Below, piece by piece: positions 1 to 12,289 of a DNA stretch of 64,000 bases (within the stretch, counting starts at the first letter, position 1; each line of letters opens with the position of its first letter). Location: NCBI GenBank assembly GCA_050084515.1, contig CM114271.1, positions 48,608,001-48,672,000 of the forward strand, given 5' to 3'. Source of the stretch: Blasia pusilla (taxonomy: Eukaryota). The notes beneath the pieces were generated by a model. It was not told the DNA's origin and searched no databases. It was given only the letters and a program-made list of their open reading frames with translations. Both the position numbers and the translations under genes were made by a program.

Positions 1-350
1 AAGGTACTTCCAGAGGTAGTGTGAGGGCTTGGGGATGAGAGAGTTGGTGGAGAGTGAGGAGTTGACGATCGTGGTGATAGGGTTCCATCACCAATCAAAG
101 GAGACGGAGGACAGGTACCTCATGCAGTGCTCCTTGCTCGCATCGATGAGTTGGAGTAGAGGATTGTTGCTATGACAATGATGCATCTAGTGACAAGCAC
201 GGAGCCGAGAGTAGCTAGTGTGGCTCCAACCTCCAAGCCGTATCAGGATACGAGGGAGGATTATGCGGGTTATGTATAGTACGGCTCAAGTAGAGGATGT
301 TGCATTGGTAACTCATACTGCTAAGAGAGTGATCAAGCCATCAAGAGGTG
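1..350 (+). mobile_element. Degenerate fragment of the Gypsy gag C-terminal/linker region
   Basis: Aligns by eye with 19340-19710 and 9420-9650 (e.g. gagcagaggattgttgccatgac-like and aagccatcaagaggtgggg segments). Confidence 0.7.
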
Positions 351-351
351 G

Positions 352-605
352 GGTACTACTCTATACACATCTAGCATTGTGGGTGGTGTCATCCCTCCAA
401 TATCTCCCAATACATGCTTGTCCGCTGATCCATCTGATCTATCTCCACCTAGAGATATTGATGTATCTAGATGTCATCTTGCAACACTGCAACTACCCGC
501 AGTATTAATTCCTCTAAAGAGATCCAACACTCTTGCACCCTCCTCCAGACAGTGCCACACAACATGTGTGGTATCCAAAGACATCAAGTCTCCACTCCAA
601 ATGCA
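352..605 (-). mobile_element. Inverted fragment of a deleted DNMT-Gypsy derivative (methyltransferase motifs I-II joined to the 3' end of pol)
   Basis: Reverse complement reads VVWHCLEEGARVLDLFRGINT and aligns with 10866-11030. It then reaches tgctagatgtgtatagagtagta, which resembles 15218-15240. Confidence 0.7.
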
Positions 606-607
606 TG

Positions 608-1077
608 ACTATGTCACATCTTATTTCGACGTAGGTAGAGTTCTATCACGTCGACAACATAGAGCGTCAATAGGTTGTTCGGTTGTAACTTTGTTCCGAG
701 ATGTCGGATGAGGTTAGCAACATGTCTGTTGTGTTGCGAACGTCATTTATTGTGATTTACCTATTTTGGTTTAGTCCGTCAGGTGACCCGTAGACCGAGT
801 CAATGGTCACCCGATAACTTGTGCACGCAGGTTACTGTTGGTAGGGCTATTTTTGGCTCTTTCCAAAAGGTATAAGAGGGAGGAAGATGGCTTTCCCAAG
901 CCATCTTTCTCATGTTGGGCCGTTGGAGCACCTCTCTTGTTGTGTGTGAGATAGGACGAGGGTGCTAGCATCTGGATTTCCTGAGAGCACAGGGTGGACG
1001 AGGCTTGATTTGCCGATGTAGATTCATGAGTGGAGTTTTAAGCTGGATGTGCCATTTTTACTACTCTTTATTTTACA
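608..1077 (+). repeat. Partial LTR (3' portion) of the Gypsy group
   Basis: Closely matches 21008-21452 (cacatcttatttcgacgtaggtagag ... ctactctttatttt) and ends in ...ttttaCA. Confidence 0.7.
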
Positions 1078-1592
1078 TGAGAAAGATGCAAGGGGGCAGG
1101 GATTTCGTTGTTTGCAGGTAGGCACATGAGTTGCCTCGGCTGGAAGCCCGTGGAGACGCTAGTTGGCGTTGTGTTTTTTTTTTTTTTCCGTTCAGAAGGC
1201 CGTGGGCGGAAGCGCTGTCCATTTTTTTGCAGATTTTCTTGGTGTGGATTGACGGGGAACAGCAGCAAAGTGTATCGCGCGGTCTGGCAGGAGTGTATTG
1301 ATGGTAGTAGCAGGAAACGTGGGGGAATCGAGAGAGAATTTGAGGTTGAGAAATTGCAGTTGTTCCAAAGGCGACTAGGTATAGGGCGAAGTTGGGCAAG
1401 ATAAGGGCACGAGCACTTTTAGGGTCGCCGCCCTGATTAGGTTGGGGTAGAGTCGCCGGGGTTGATGGAAGTATGGGAGTCAAAGTAGGACAAGGTCACA
1501 AGCCTCGTTAGACGTAGTAGGGCTAGGGGAGGCCAGCTAGGGAGGCGCGCCTTAGGGTCGAATGTGACCAAATTTGCAAAGAAGGAGCAAAG

Positions 1593-4500
1593 TAGCCTCC
1601 CTAACCCCAAACTAAGGAACGGGGAGATCCGGGGTTACAAGTAATCCCGGCCGGTCATTTTTAGAAATTTCCGACTACAGCTAAAAGTTCCCTCGCTGGG
1701 TTTCCGGTGGGTTGGGGACACGTTCAAAATCCTCCTGAACTGGCTGCTTAGGTCGGCTTTGGTCCGGATACCCCACGGCGTGAACGGCAACGGACCTTGG
1801 GCCCTATATCACGTCGGATTTAAATCGTCTCCTCACTACATTTGGAGGAAATCTACGGACGTCCTTTCTAGGTGTCAGAAAACGGGGGCTGGGTGATCTT
1901 TTAATCTGAACCGCCCATGTTACATCCCTAAATATCTTTAGGGATGGGCTACAGCTACTACACCGCTGCGGCTCTCATGAGTCCCGCAGACTCCCGCTTT
2001 TGCATCACTCGGGAGTCGGGGCAGGCGGCAGGCCTGGCAGGGGCCCTACGGAGGGGTGGACGGTGTGGAGACCCCACTCCAGCCCACATTCGAGAAAGAT
2101 TCACATTCGCTCCCGCTGCCTGCAGCCCCGCTCGCGCTCCTTGTTCCGTCGCGTTCAGACTTCTTTGTTCCATCTCGTTCGGCGCTCCGCTGAGGCCGCT
2201 CACCCCCGCTCGTGTTTGTGCACCTTTGCTAGAACCTGCAGCCCCGCTCGTGATTCTCTCTCGCTCCTCCTCCCACTACTCGCCGTTGTTACACCGTTGA
2301 CAGATTTTTGCTGCTCCACATCAGACCCGCCAATTCTTCATTTAGTCGAGCTGAGTTATCTTGGAGATTCTGGACTCTGAAGTGTCTCCGCTCTTGATTG
2401 CCTCACCCTCGCTGCCCGTGGCTCCGTCTTCTTCTTCAAGTCTTGCATTGCTTATGTTTGATGTCGTGCAACCTGCTGTTGTGCAACATTCTAGTCATGC
2501 ATACTCGTGTGGAAGCTTGCGTTCTTGTGATTTCATATTTCGTGAGCCTTGGTGATTTGGAGCCGCTCTTACTATGCGGGTAGAACTCTCTCATAACTAC
2601 TTTGCAGATCAAACTCCCTCACTTAGTCATTGCGATTCTAATCACGCAGATTTTTGCGGGTTCTCGTTTTGGTTGTGTGGCCGATTGGCACCTTGGTGGG
2701 CCTCTCTCTCGCTCTTGCTGCGTAGTCGTGAGGCAGCTCACCCGCACATTGGCTTGCTGTTTTCCTCTTAACCCGTATTTCAGTTTCCTGCTCTCAAGGG
2801 CTTCACATTGAAAGGGCCTTCGCGGTTTTATTCTATTGCTTTTGTGCAGTGGCATTTCTTCCCTTGCATTTGGTTCACAGCAGGGCAGAAATCTTAGGGT
2901 GTTGAGGCTTCGATTTCTGTACTCAGTTGTATACCTCAATGTAGCTCTACACCTATTGTATGAACATATGTGATTCACAACCGCTTGCAAGAAATTATCC
3001 AGAAAGCTCTCATATTCGCTTTCAAGCCATTAACTGTCTACCTTTTACCTTTGTAGTTGTAGCAATGGCCAAAAGACAGAGAACTATGAATGAATTGTTG
3101 TGCAAGGAGGTTCCCCAGGAACTTCCAGAGGTTATAGCTCTGTCAGGATCATCAGACGAGAGGGAAGAACATAGTACATTGGGCAGCAATACATCCTTAC
3201 CTACAAAAAACCGGCAAGATTGGAAAGATGTTTGGTACACGATGTATGATTGGATCACATTTGATTCTTCCACAGGAAAAATCCATTGTAAGATTTGTAG
3301 GGCAGGAAAAGGCAAGAGTGTCTTTGCTAGGGATGGTGTTGTAAACTGTAAGGTCTCTGATTTTACAGATCATGCAAAGTCAAACGAGCATGTAAAGCTC
3401 TCTTGGGCAGCTAACGGAGGTAAGAAATCCATGGCCAAGGCCATAGCTGCATCTAATCAAACCTGTGAGGTAGCTCTCCTCACTTTATTTAGGTGTGCAT
3501 ATTTTCTTGCCAAGGAGGCCATGCCTTTCTCTAAGTTCACAGGTATTCGCAAGTTGATGCTTTCTGTAAATACACCTATTACTAGAGATCTTTACCAAGA
3601 TGAGAAAAGTTGCAGTGAGATGTGTTTTTTCATAAGTCAGGTTTTGCTCAAAAGAACCCTTGCTAGGGTTCAAGCCTCACCATTCTTTGGAATTATGATT
3701 GATGAATCTACTGATATATCCGTGACAGGGCATCTAGTGGTCTTTGCAACCTTCATAGAAGATGGTCAAGCAGAGTGTTGTTTTTTAGGATTGCTTCGGT
3801 GTGAGTCTAAGTGTTCTAATGCTATCACAAGTAGTTTGCTCGAACTACTAAAAGATGGGGGCTAAGACTTTTCTAGAATGGTAGCTTTTGGGTCGGATGG
3901 AGCCTCCTCTATGGTAGGGAGCCAAAACGGGGTTGCTTCACAATTGAAGCTAAAGGTAAATCCATTCATTCTTTCAGTGCATTGTGTTGCTCATAGGACA
4001 AACCTTGCAGCTCTCACAGCTGCTAAAGCAACTAATTGCAAATCCATTTCCATAGAAGTAGATTCCATTTTGAATGCAATAGTAGGATATTTCAAGAGGT
4101 CTTCCAAGAGAAAAGCTGTTCTAGCTTCTCTGCAGGAGAGGTTGAATGACTCCCAAAGAATCATGAAATGATACCACAAGATCCGCTGGTTGTCGCGATG
4201 GCAAGCCGTATCCACCTTATGTGATTCACTAGAATCTGTTTTAATCTACTTTAGGAACATTTCACCTTCTGAAGATTATGGGAATGCTACAAATTTTTTT
4301 GAAAAGTTAAGGTCATTCCAAATGATCTATCAATTATACTTCTTGGCTGATATTCTTTCTATGTTGGCAAACTTGAGCAAGATTTTTCAGTACAAATTTG
4401 TTGATGTAAGTACCATAGGCAATATTGTTAGTTCTGAGATTCCTGCTATTACTATGAATTTTGTGATGGAAACACATGATTTGAATGCATCTACTTTTTC

Positions 4501-5835
4501 AGAGGATACAGGGTATCACATTCTGCTAGACTTTGGACCTCCAGACGGCTATCTAAGACGCTTACAATCCGAAATTAGAGGGAGGAAGTTCCATAGTATC
4601 GACATGATTTGGGACCGCACAGGCAGGGATTTGGAGGCTGCTTTGTTGTTTCAGAAGAGTTATTCTGAGAGTTTTTGTATAGCGCTACAAGATAGATTTA
4701 GAGACAATAATCTTATGGGTGCAATGAAAATCCTGAACCCCTTACACATGCCTTCTAGACAAGTAGGACTCGTAAGTTGGGGATGTAAGGAAATAGAAGA
4801 GTTGTGTGCATATTTTGGATCCGAGTTACCATTGAAGGGGCATTTGCAACCTTCTGTCATAAATTCTGCTGTTGTCAAGCAAGAATTTCAGTCCTTCAAG
4901 TTGATGGCAACAACTGAGTGGAAGGACCGTAACTTCAGGGATCTATCGGCAACGGTGAGTTGGAGTCCATCTTTACAATGTAAGTTTGGAAACTTGCTGG
5001 TGTTGGCCAATGTCGCAAGGGTTCAATGTGTAAGCACTGCAATTTGTGAGAGAGCATTCTCAATTCAGAACATGATAAAGACCAAGTGTAGGAATAGACT
5101 AGGTAGTAAACATTTGGATGATGTTCTCAGAATTGCCTTAGAAGGCCCTACTGTTGATTATGAGGACATGCTTGCTAAATCTGTAGTTCTCTGGAAAACC
5201 TCTGCTAGCTTTAGATACCTGTACGCTAATCCAGAAAGATATCTCTGCCTTCAAGCAAAAGCTGATGATACACCTTCGATTGACTTGTCTTCCTGAAATA
5301 ATCTTTGCATTTTGTTGTAGACTTAGAGCCCCTTCATAATACTTCGAAGTTTGAGATGCCCAAGTATTATAAAGGGGCAAAATCCTTGGCTCCCAACTGG
5401 TTGAGAGGCATGGCCAGGTTCAACTCCTGCCAAGGATTCCTTGAATGTGTATTTTAGTTCTGAAGGTTTAGTTTAGAGGGTAATACTTAAAGGGAGAAGT
5501 CATGAAAAAAAAAGATTGGGAAAGAAGGAGAGTTTTTTTTACCGGTAGTTTTCAAATCAGCCGATTATTGGCCAGACTATTTTTCGGATTTCCAGATAAA
5601 GAACCGCGTAAAATTATAAATATCGGATTTTATCGGACTGAAAAAAAATTACTCTTATTTTTACTCCTCTTTTTAAATCTAAACGGCCACAGCCAAAGAT
5701 CTGTTTTAAAAATCCGAACTGATTTAATATTATCTGGATATTATATGAATAAATTAAAAAAACTCCCCGGACCTTGCCCCAAACTCACATGCATAGGGCC
5801 AGCCCTTGCATGTGAGTTCGGGGTTAGGAAGGCTG
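1593..5835 (+). mobile_element. hAT-superfamily DNA transposon
   Basis: Imperfect 21-bp terminal inverted repeats: tagcctccctaaccccaaact (1593-1613) versus reverse complement cagccttcctaaccccgaact (5815-5835). They flank a hAT transposase. No intact 8-bp TSD (gagcaaag vs cgccatag). Confidence 0.7.
3065..5296 (+). pseudogene. hAT transposase (ZNF862/C17orf113-like) with two in-frame stops
   Basis: N-terminal CxxC..H..H zinc finger (HCKIC), IDESTD, GSDGAS, HCVAH (CxxH), IRWLS and CERAFS motifs. The three ORFs share one frame, broken by TAA at 3863-3865 and TGA at 4169-4171. Confidence 0.9.
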
Positions 5836-5874
5836 CGCCATAGGGACGCAAGTGGTTCCTGTCATAAGGAAAGA

Positions 5875-7287
5875 TGTCGTGCGCATACATATCGCTACAC
5901 AACATACATCGCTCGTCACATCTACACCACACAACACCGATCTTCCCCACAGACGGTGTCGTGTCGAGAGTCTTTCTTCGAGCAAGGGCGGGCCTTCTAG
6001 CTGCGGTAGATGCGGTCGATGCAAGGTGAACTCTCTAATAAGTTCTCCTTTTTCAATACAAAATTATGATGTACACTCTCCATTCTCTCACGACAGGTAT
6101 CACAAATGGAAGTGCCGAGGCGATCACTTCTTCGTAACATCGGACCCCGAAATTCCTAACTATAAAATCCCTATAAACTATTTTACGTTTATACACGAGG
6201 AAGATAGCACAACTAGTGTTAAACCCTACTTGACCAGGCCTATTGACATCCATGGATCGCTATATAAGGACATACAAAGTACAATCCCATGTCCTTCCAT
6301 ATGTGACGATAGGAAGAATCACCGGAGTTGGAGATTGCATGACCTGATTCATGAACGCCTCCCCAAAGTGATAAACTAAATAGCGAGTGAACCAGTGCCT
6401 ATCTACAAAGAGTACCTTGACATGGTAAGGATTGAGGAAAGGAAAGTCGGGCACAGCTCGTGCTCCACCCTTATCCATGCTTGACACACATTCTCTACTC
6501 TCCTCAAGAATGGGTTTTGGCGGAGTTATTCTCCCAAGAGGGGTAATCCACTCTCATTGGGGAAGTAACAAGCCAAAACATCAACTATTTTTGTATGACT
6601 AAACTCCTCTACGGTGACAAACCTCTCATCCCCACACACACACACCACACTCTAGAAATCTCTCATAGAATAGACCATAGTCAAGTTACTCTCCCAAGAG
6701 GGGTAATCCACTCTCATTGGAAGAGCAAGCAATCCCAAAGCCATACACTCAAGAGAGACACGAGAGACTCAAGATGTGGAATAGAAGATGATGAACCCTT
6801 GAAGGTCCCTCCTCTTTATATACTCACAAGGGATCCACAAGAGTACGAAATAGAGCTTATCTTATCTTGTGCCACATGGCTTCCTCTCAAGGCTTAGCCA
6901 ATCATATTTTGAGACAAGTAGATTTTCTCTTATCTCTTCCAAAATATCCTCTTTTACCCACATGATATTTTCCAAATTACCCCAACTAACCTAGCCACCA
7001 ACCAAGATTACTTTTGTTTTTCATTAAAGCAACTACTTTACTTTTATAAAGTCATCTTTTATTTATTACCTCCTTTTCCTAAAGTTGGGCCCGCATAAAA
7101 GAGGCACCATAAAGAGGTTTAAACATAAGAATTTTGTTTTTCTAAGCCAATTTACTTAATACTAATGAAACTCTATCTAACACTTAATGACAAAGGAGTT
7201 TACACATTGGTTGATTTTACTATACGATAACGGGTCGATCCACACATGTACAAAAATAAACTCATACATATACATGGAGATCACACA
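5875..7287 (-). repeat. Inverted copy of the first ~136 bp of the DNMT-Gypsy LTR, split by a solo-LTR insertion
   Basis: 5875-5956 plus 7230-7287 form the reverse complement of 15309-15444, with about 3 mismatches. Confidence 0.85.
5957..7229. mobile_element. Solo LTR (~1.27 kb) of an unrelated family
   Basis: Termini TGTCGT...ACGATA (ACGACA expected). The site acgg is duplicated at 5953-5956 and 7230-7233, and the insertion cleanly interrupts the repeat above. It has an internal direct repeat ctcccaagaggggtaatccactctcattgg at about 6530 and 6690. Confidence 0.75.
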
Positions 7288-8054
7288 ACTCAGCTAAGGA
7301 GTGGGGAGTGTGCGCACGGATCAAGGAAGTACTTGGCAGGTCCAAGGAAGTGGGGTGGAGTGAAGGTGCATAGGGCACCGTGCAAAGAAGGAACCTAGTA
7401 GAGTTGGGACAGAGTAAGCCCAGTTACCAGGTTGGGAGGCGGATGTGGTGGAACTGCTTACGTAGTTGGGAAAGCTGAGTTACGCCAAGAGTTTGCAACG
7501 GGATGTTGCTGATGGAGTATGAGTATGATGAGGCCGATGGGTGGTCTATATCTATTGACGGGGGGTTTGACGTGTGTTCAAGGAGGGTGTCATTTTACGG
7601 AGGTTGCTGTACCACATGGAGGAGTGAGTGCTGACGATACAGCAGGTTGGAGGGCGTGATCAGGTTACCCATTCGAGTCCCTTTTCCCGCACTTGTCGTG
7701 TGTGATTGAGAGTGCTGGGTATCGGGTAGTAGCTGGTGCTAGATGGGTGCAGTGATGGTGACGAGTGTAGATTCTTTTCATGTGTAGCATGTTGGTGGAT
7801 ATCTGGCGGTTGCCGAGTAGGGGTCGCGTGTATGACCCGAGAGTGTGTCGCTAGGTTAGGTGAGTGTTGGGGAGGCTCATGGTGAGCCCGAGTGTTGAGC
7901 GTCGTGAGGCCGGGTATGTCATCACGGGATTGACGTTAGCATAGGTGAGCTAGTGAGGCGTGTGGGAGACTCTCGGTGAGTCTGAGTGCTTGAGTGGGTG
8001 AGACAGGGTTTGTCATCACGGCGTTCTTCCAGGGTTCGGAAGAACGGGGTAGTG

Positions 8055-9500
8055 CGAGCAGTAGTAGTGGTGGTGTGACATGCAGTGGAGTAAGATACCG
8101 AGGGGTTACCAGTGAGGAGCTCTCGCGATATCCATCCGTGACTGGATCATCATCATCGACACGGTCCGAGTGACGAGATCACCGATGAGACAGAGATGAG
8201 TACTTGGCGGTGAGATGGACGACATGGGCCATCGGGGCATGCGTCGTTTCTCGGGTGCAGTGGGCACCATCGACTAAGATGATTTCATCCAAGAGTTCGA
8301 CACATGGTGCGACTTCCAGGAGATACGAACCCCGACACGGTTCAACCTTTCATGGCATGGAAGGGGTTGTTCCAGCACTTGGAGGGTCCTCCAATGGATG
8401 ACTACATGGAGTTTTGATCACTATATTCAGTAGAGATCGATACCTGGAGGATGTATTGGGCTCCAGGGTATGTGTCCACTAGTGGTCGCGAGGCATATGA
8501 TGGGATTGTGAGAGGAGAGAGACCCACACCATCAGCCCGGAGACTAGATGGAGAGGAGGACAGTGACATAGGCGATGTGGTAGAGACCTCTGGTGGTAGA
8601 GGGCCACCCAGCTTCAGCCTCACAGTGGAGTTCTTCCGACAGTTGGGGAAGAGCTATCAGGGCGTACGCACCGACAAGCTGAAGAGTCTACAGGATTTTC
8701 AGCGACAATCGGGTGAGAGTCTGAGAGAGGCCTACACATGCATGAGGAGGCTGATTATTGCTACGTTTGGAGTGAGTGAGGCGCACTCAGTCCAGTATTG
8801 GTACGGGGTTCTGGACCGAGAACTACGGAGGAGAGTCCGAGATGGAGTGCTGATTCACACAACGAAGCCCACATTGAAGGTGGTCTTTGAGTTGTCTGAG
8901 CGTATTGAGCTCAACATGAGTGAGGAGCAGGTAGTGACCGCTGGATTTTCTCGAGAGTCGACGGGTCCACGAGCGGCGGTGACCCCACCGGTGCCACAGC
9001 GAGCACCAGTACCACGGGAGCGGGCCAGTGTGCCTAGAGAGCAGGGCGTGTACCGTGAGCCTATGAGGCAACGACCCGCACCTACATATTTTGCCCAGCA
9101 GGGACCGATATGGTCTTGTTGGACGTGTGGAGGGGCCCATAGGCGAGAGAGCGCCCACAAAGATGGGAGAGGACCACGGCGCCTCCGATTGCGCGCAGAC
9201 CCACAGAGGATGGCCCTCACTCATAAGACCGGTGTGACCATTGCCACGTAAATGGTCACACTAGGGATAGATGTTTTGACCTTCGCCGAGGGGCACGTCA
9301 GGTAGGCCGAGGGCCTGGGGCGGCCGCCCCGGGAGGAGGTGGGGAGTTCTTCCGGGCGTGGTGGTAGAGGACCACCACCGGCCGAGGAGATGGAGCAGAG
9401 CACCGAGCCGGGCGCTTCTCTCACACGATCGATCGGGTTGAGCAGAGGATTGCCGCCATGACGATGATGCGGCTTAGGAAGGCACGGAGCTGCGAGCAGC
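8055..9500 (+). pseudogene. gag: gag, frameshifted, with two zinc knuckles
   Basis: Capsid-like FQRQSGESLREAY segment, CWTCGGAH knuckle near 9117, and CDHCHVNGHTRDRC near 9233-9275. Start is approximate, inferred from the second copy (ATG near 18115). Confidence 0.8.
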
Positions 9501-10099
9501 TAGTGTGACTCCAGTCTCTACCTCTTACCCTGACCCGGGTGAGGATCTCTCCAATATGGGATTCATGTGTAGTGGAGCCCAGGTTGAGGCAGCTGGAGTG
9601 GTGACTCGGGGTGCTGCGAGAGGCATCGAGCCATCGAGAGGTGGAGTTGAGATTGACCCACAAGAGGGGACCGATGGGCGGCAGGCCAGGGTTCCACAAT
9701 CGTTCACATTGTCGGAGGCACTACACACACCATCGATGGTGCCTCGACGACCAGCGGTGCCTACAGATCAGGCACCTACGTCGACGTCACAAGGAGTTGG
9801 AGTGACAACTCCTATGCCGGCTCGGGTGGATTCAATGTCGACTATAGTGTTGGAGGTGGCCACTAGAGTGAGTCAGACTCCGCTATTTTCCGCCTTAGAG
9901 TTGGCGATGTTGGGAGTTGGACCAGCTTGAGGTGTTCCGGTTGGCCGCCACGTTGTGTGAGCGTGGAGAGATGACTGCTTCTTGTTCAGAGGTAGTTGAG
10001 GAGATGGTGGACTTGTCCTCAGAGCCGTTGCTTGGAAGGTTCCCCACAGAGTCATGGCATGCGGCGGCGGCAAAGTTGGTAGATATGCCAGCTCGACCG

Positions 10100-10560
10100 G
10101 CCATAGAGCGAGCAGTGGTGACACCTGGAGTAGTGTTACTGGATAACCGAGCTGGAGTATTTCACTTGGTTAGTCCGACGGGGATAGTATACCACCCGCA
10201 GCGCGTCCTACTTGATTCGGGAGCGCAACCCTTGATGTTAGGGAAGGCGGCGTGTTTAGCGTTGGGGTTATGGAAGGCCGACATTGAGCCTTGTCCCTTC
10301 CAGATAAAGACCTCGATTGGGGGCGTATCACCCACTCAGTATATGACTCGACAGGAGATTGTTGTGAGAGTTCAGCCAGAGCATGCGACGGATAGTGCTA
10401 TGGTGCGTACACATGCAATTACGACACCAGCTGAGTACGATGTGTTGGTGGGGAGTACAGTGTTATATCCCCTAGGATTCATCCTTGACTTATGGGAGGA
10501 GACCGTTGCTTATCGGCCAGGATGGCGGTCAGGTGACGGTCGGATGAGTCAATTACCCGT
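10100..10560 (+). pseudogene. Retropepsin aspartic protease domain
   Basis: VLLDSGAQPLML active site near 10205-10240 and YDVLVG downstream motif. Confidence 0.9.
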
Positions 10561-10930
10561 GCAGTTTGCGGGACGAGATAGTCGATCACGAGGCGAATGT
10601 GTGACCACGTTGGCGGCTTTCACAGGTAGTGTTAGCTGGCCAGGAGAGTTGTTGGAGGGGAACGCACATGCGGAGGATGTCCCAGTAGCGGATAGTCCCA
10701 CGGAGAGATTGGCCATGACGGGTGTCTCTTCCCATGTTAGCGATGCCTCTTCACCATTATGGGGTACGACTCGAGAGCTACAGAGGAGTGTCGACGACCT
10801 CGTGAGGCAGGTGTGGAGTCATGTTTTTATCCCAGAGCAGCGAGAGTCACGTGGCGATCGGGCTCTTGGAGTGGAGACGATGACCCCACTAGATACCACA
10901 CCGGTTGTGTGGCAGTGCCCAGAGGAGGGT

Positions 10931-11880
10931 GTTAGGGTGTTAGATCTCTTTGGAGGGATTAGCACCGGATTGGCTGCAGTATTGCAGGCGGGCATACGGG
11001 TGCATCAGTACCTTTATGTGGAGAGAGATGAGACCGCGCGGCGAGTATCATTACGTCACATGGCGAGATTGGTCTAGAGGTATCCTGAGTTGTTGTCGGT
11101 ATCTGCAGTACGGGGATACCAGCATATGCTACCCGTCGACATATCTTTGTGGGGGCGCAGAATCTGGATAGAGTTGGCACCATTCATTTGGTGATTGCTG
11201 GATGGCCATGTCAGGGTCATTCATCTGCTGGCCGAGGATTTGGATTGCAGGATCCGAGGTCAGGGATGTTTTGGGAGATGCTGCGAGTAGTACGACACTT
11301 GCAGCAGAGTCAGATATGTTCTCCTGCTAACATTTTGGAGAACGTGCCGTTGTTGGGAGATACTCGTGCACGTGTGATGATGAGTGTACATCAGGTGAGG
11401 TCCTGGTGGGGACAGGCTGTGTTGTTAGATGCAGCGAGAGTTGGGTCACGTGCCCATTGTCCACGACTGTCGTGGACGAACTTGATACCATCAGAGGTAC
11501 TGAGTCGAGCCTACAGTGGAGTCCAGAGAGCACCACATGTCACGGTGGATGTTATTTTGGACTCAGGGCGTCGATCTCAAGTGGTGACACGCGATGATAG
11601 ACCACCGTTGGCCATGGCCAATAGGGTGGGGGAGTTGAGGGCAGCCTTACCTACGTTGGTGAGCTTCCCAGCATCCCATGCCTTTCGTCAAGGAGGGCCA
11701 GGCATGATTTGGGATGAGGTGACCGGAGTATTGGAGGAGCCTACAGCAGATGAGCGCGAGCGCGCCATGGGGTTCACTACCGGTACTACGGCGGTGCCAG
11801 GGATGACTGAGGCATCACGGAGACAGGTGTTGGGGCAGGCAATGGACCTCTACTGTCTCACATGGATAGTCGGCCTAGGT
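10931..11880 (+). pseudogene. DNMT3-like C5-cytosine DNA methyltransferase domain within the Gypsy pol region
   Basis: Ordered motifs: I VRVLDLFGGISTG, II YLYVERD, IV LVIAGWPCQGHS, VI ILENV, VIII SRAHCPRLSWTNL, IX ERERAMGF, X RRQVLGQAMD. One TAG at 11075-11077 and one frameshift near 11150. Confidence 0.93.
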
Positions 11881-12289
11881 ATGGTGAAAGCAGAGACGGA
11901 TGATGAGTGTCATCCATGCCGTCACGCCCACGAAGTTGGACCACCTTGCCCTGTGGTCAGACATGCATTGGTCGGGGCGAGACGAGGAGAGATAGGCACC
12001 CATGGACTTCCTGGGACGTCGTTCGAGCAGAGAGTGCGAAGGCGGCTAGAGTAGCACATGTTCATTTTTTGGATGTGGAGCATGGTGTAGGAGGTCAGAG
12101 TGGAGTGGCTGTTGCGGAGGTGGCTAGGGTTGCTACATAGCAACCAAAGCCAGAGGTTGCGTCCTCTCCGAGTGAGGTCACGATGGAGACTTGGGAGCAT
12201 GTGATAGGTCTCAAGTTGATAGGAGTAGAGCGACGGCGAGTTCATAGGTTTCTAAGAGGGCATGTCAGTTGTTTTTCCTTCAGTATGAG

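Noticed and set aside
7290-8050. tRNA primer-binding site of the DNMT-Gypsy
   Set aside because: No convincing TGG-initiated tRNA complement next to a defined LTR end was recognisable by eye.
10931-11880. Bacterial restriction-modification methylase or contamination
   Set aside because: The domain is contiguous with Gypsy protease and RT, has DNMT3-like motif wording, and lies on a sequence with spliced plant genes.
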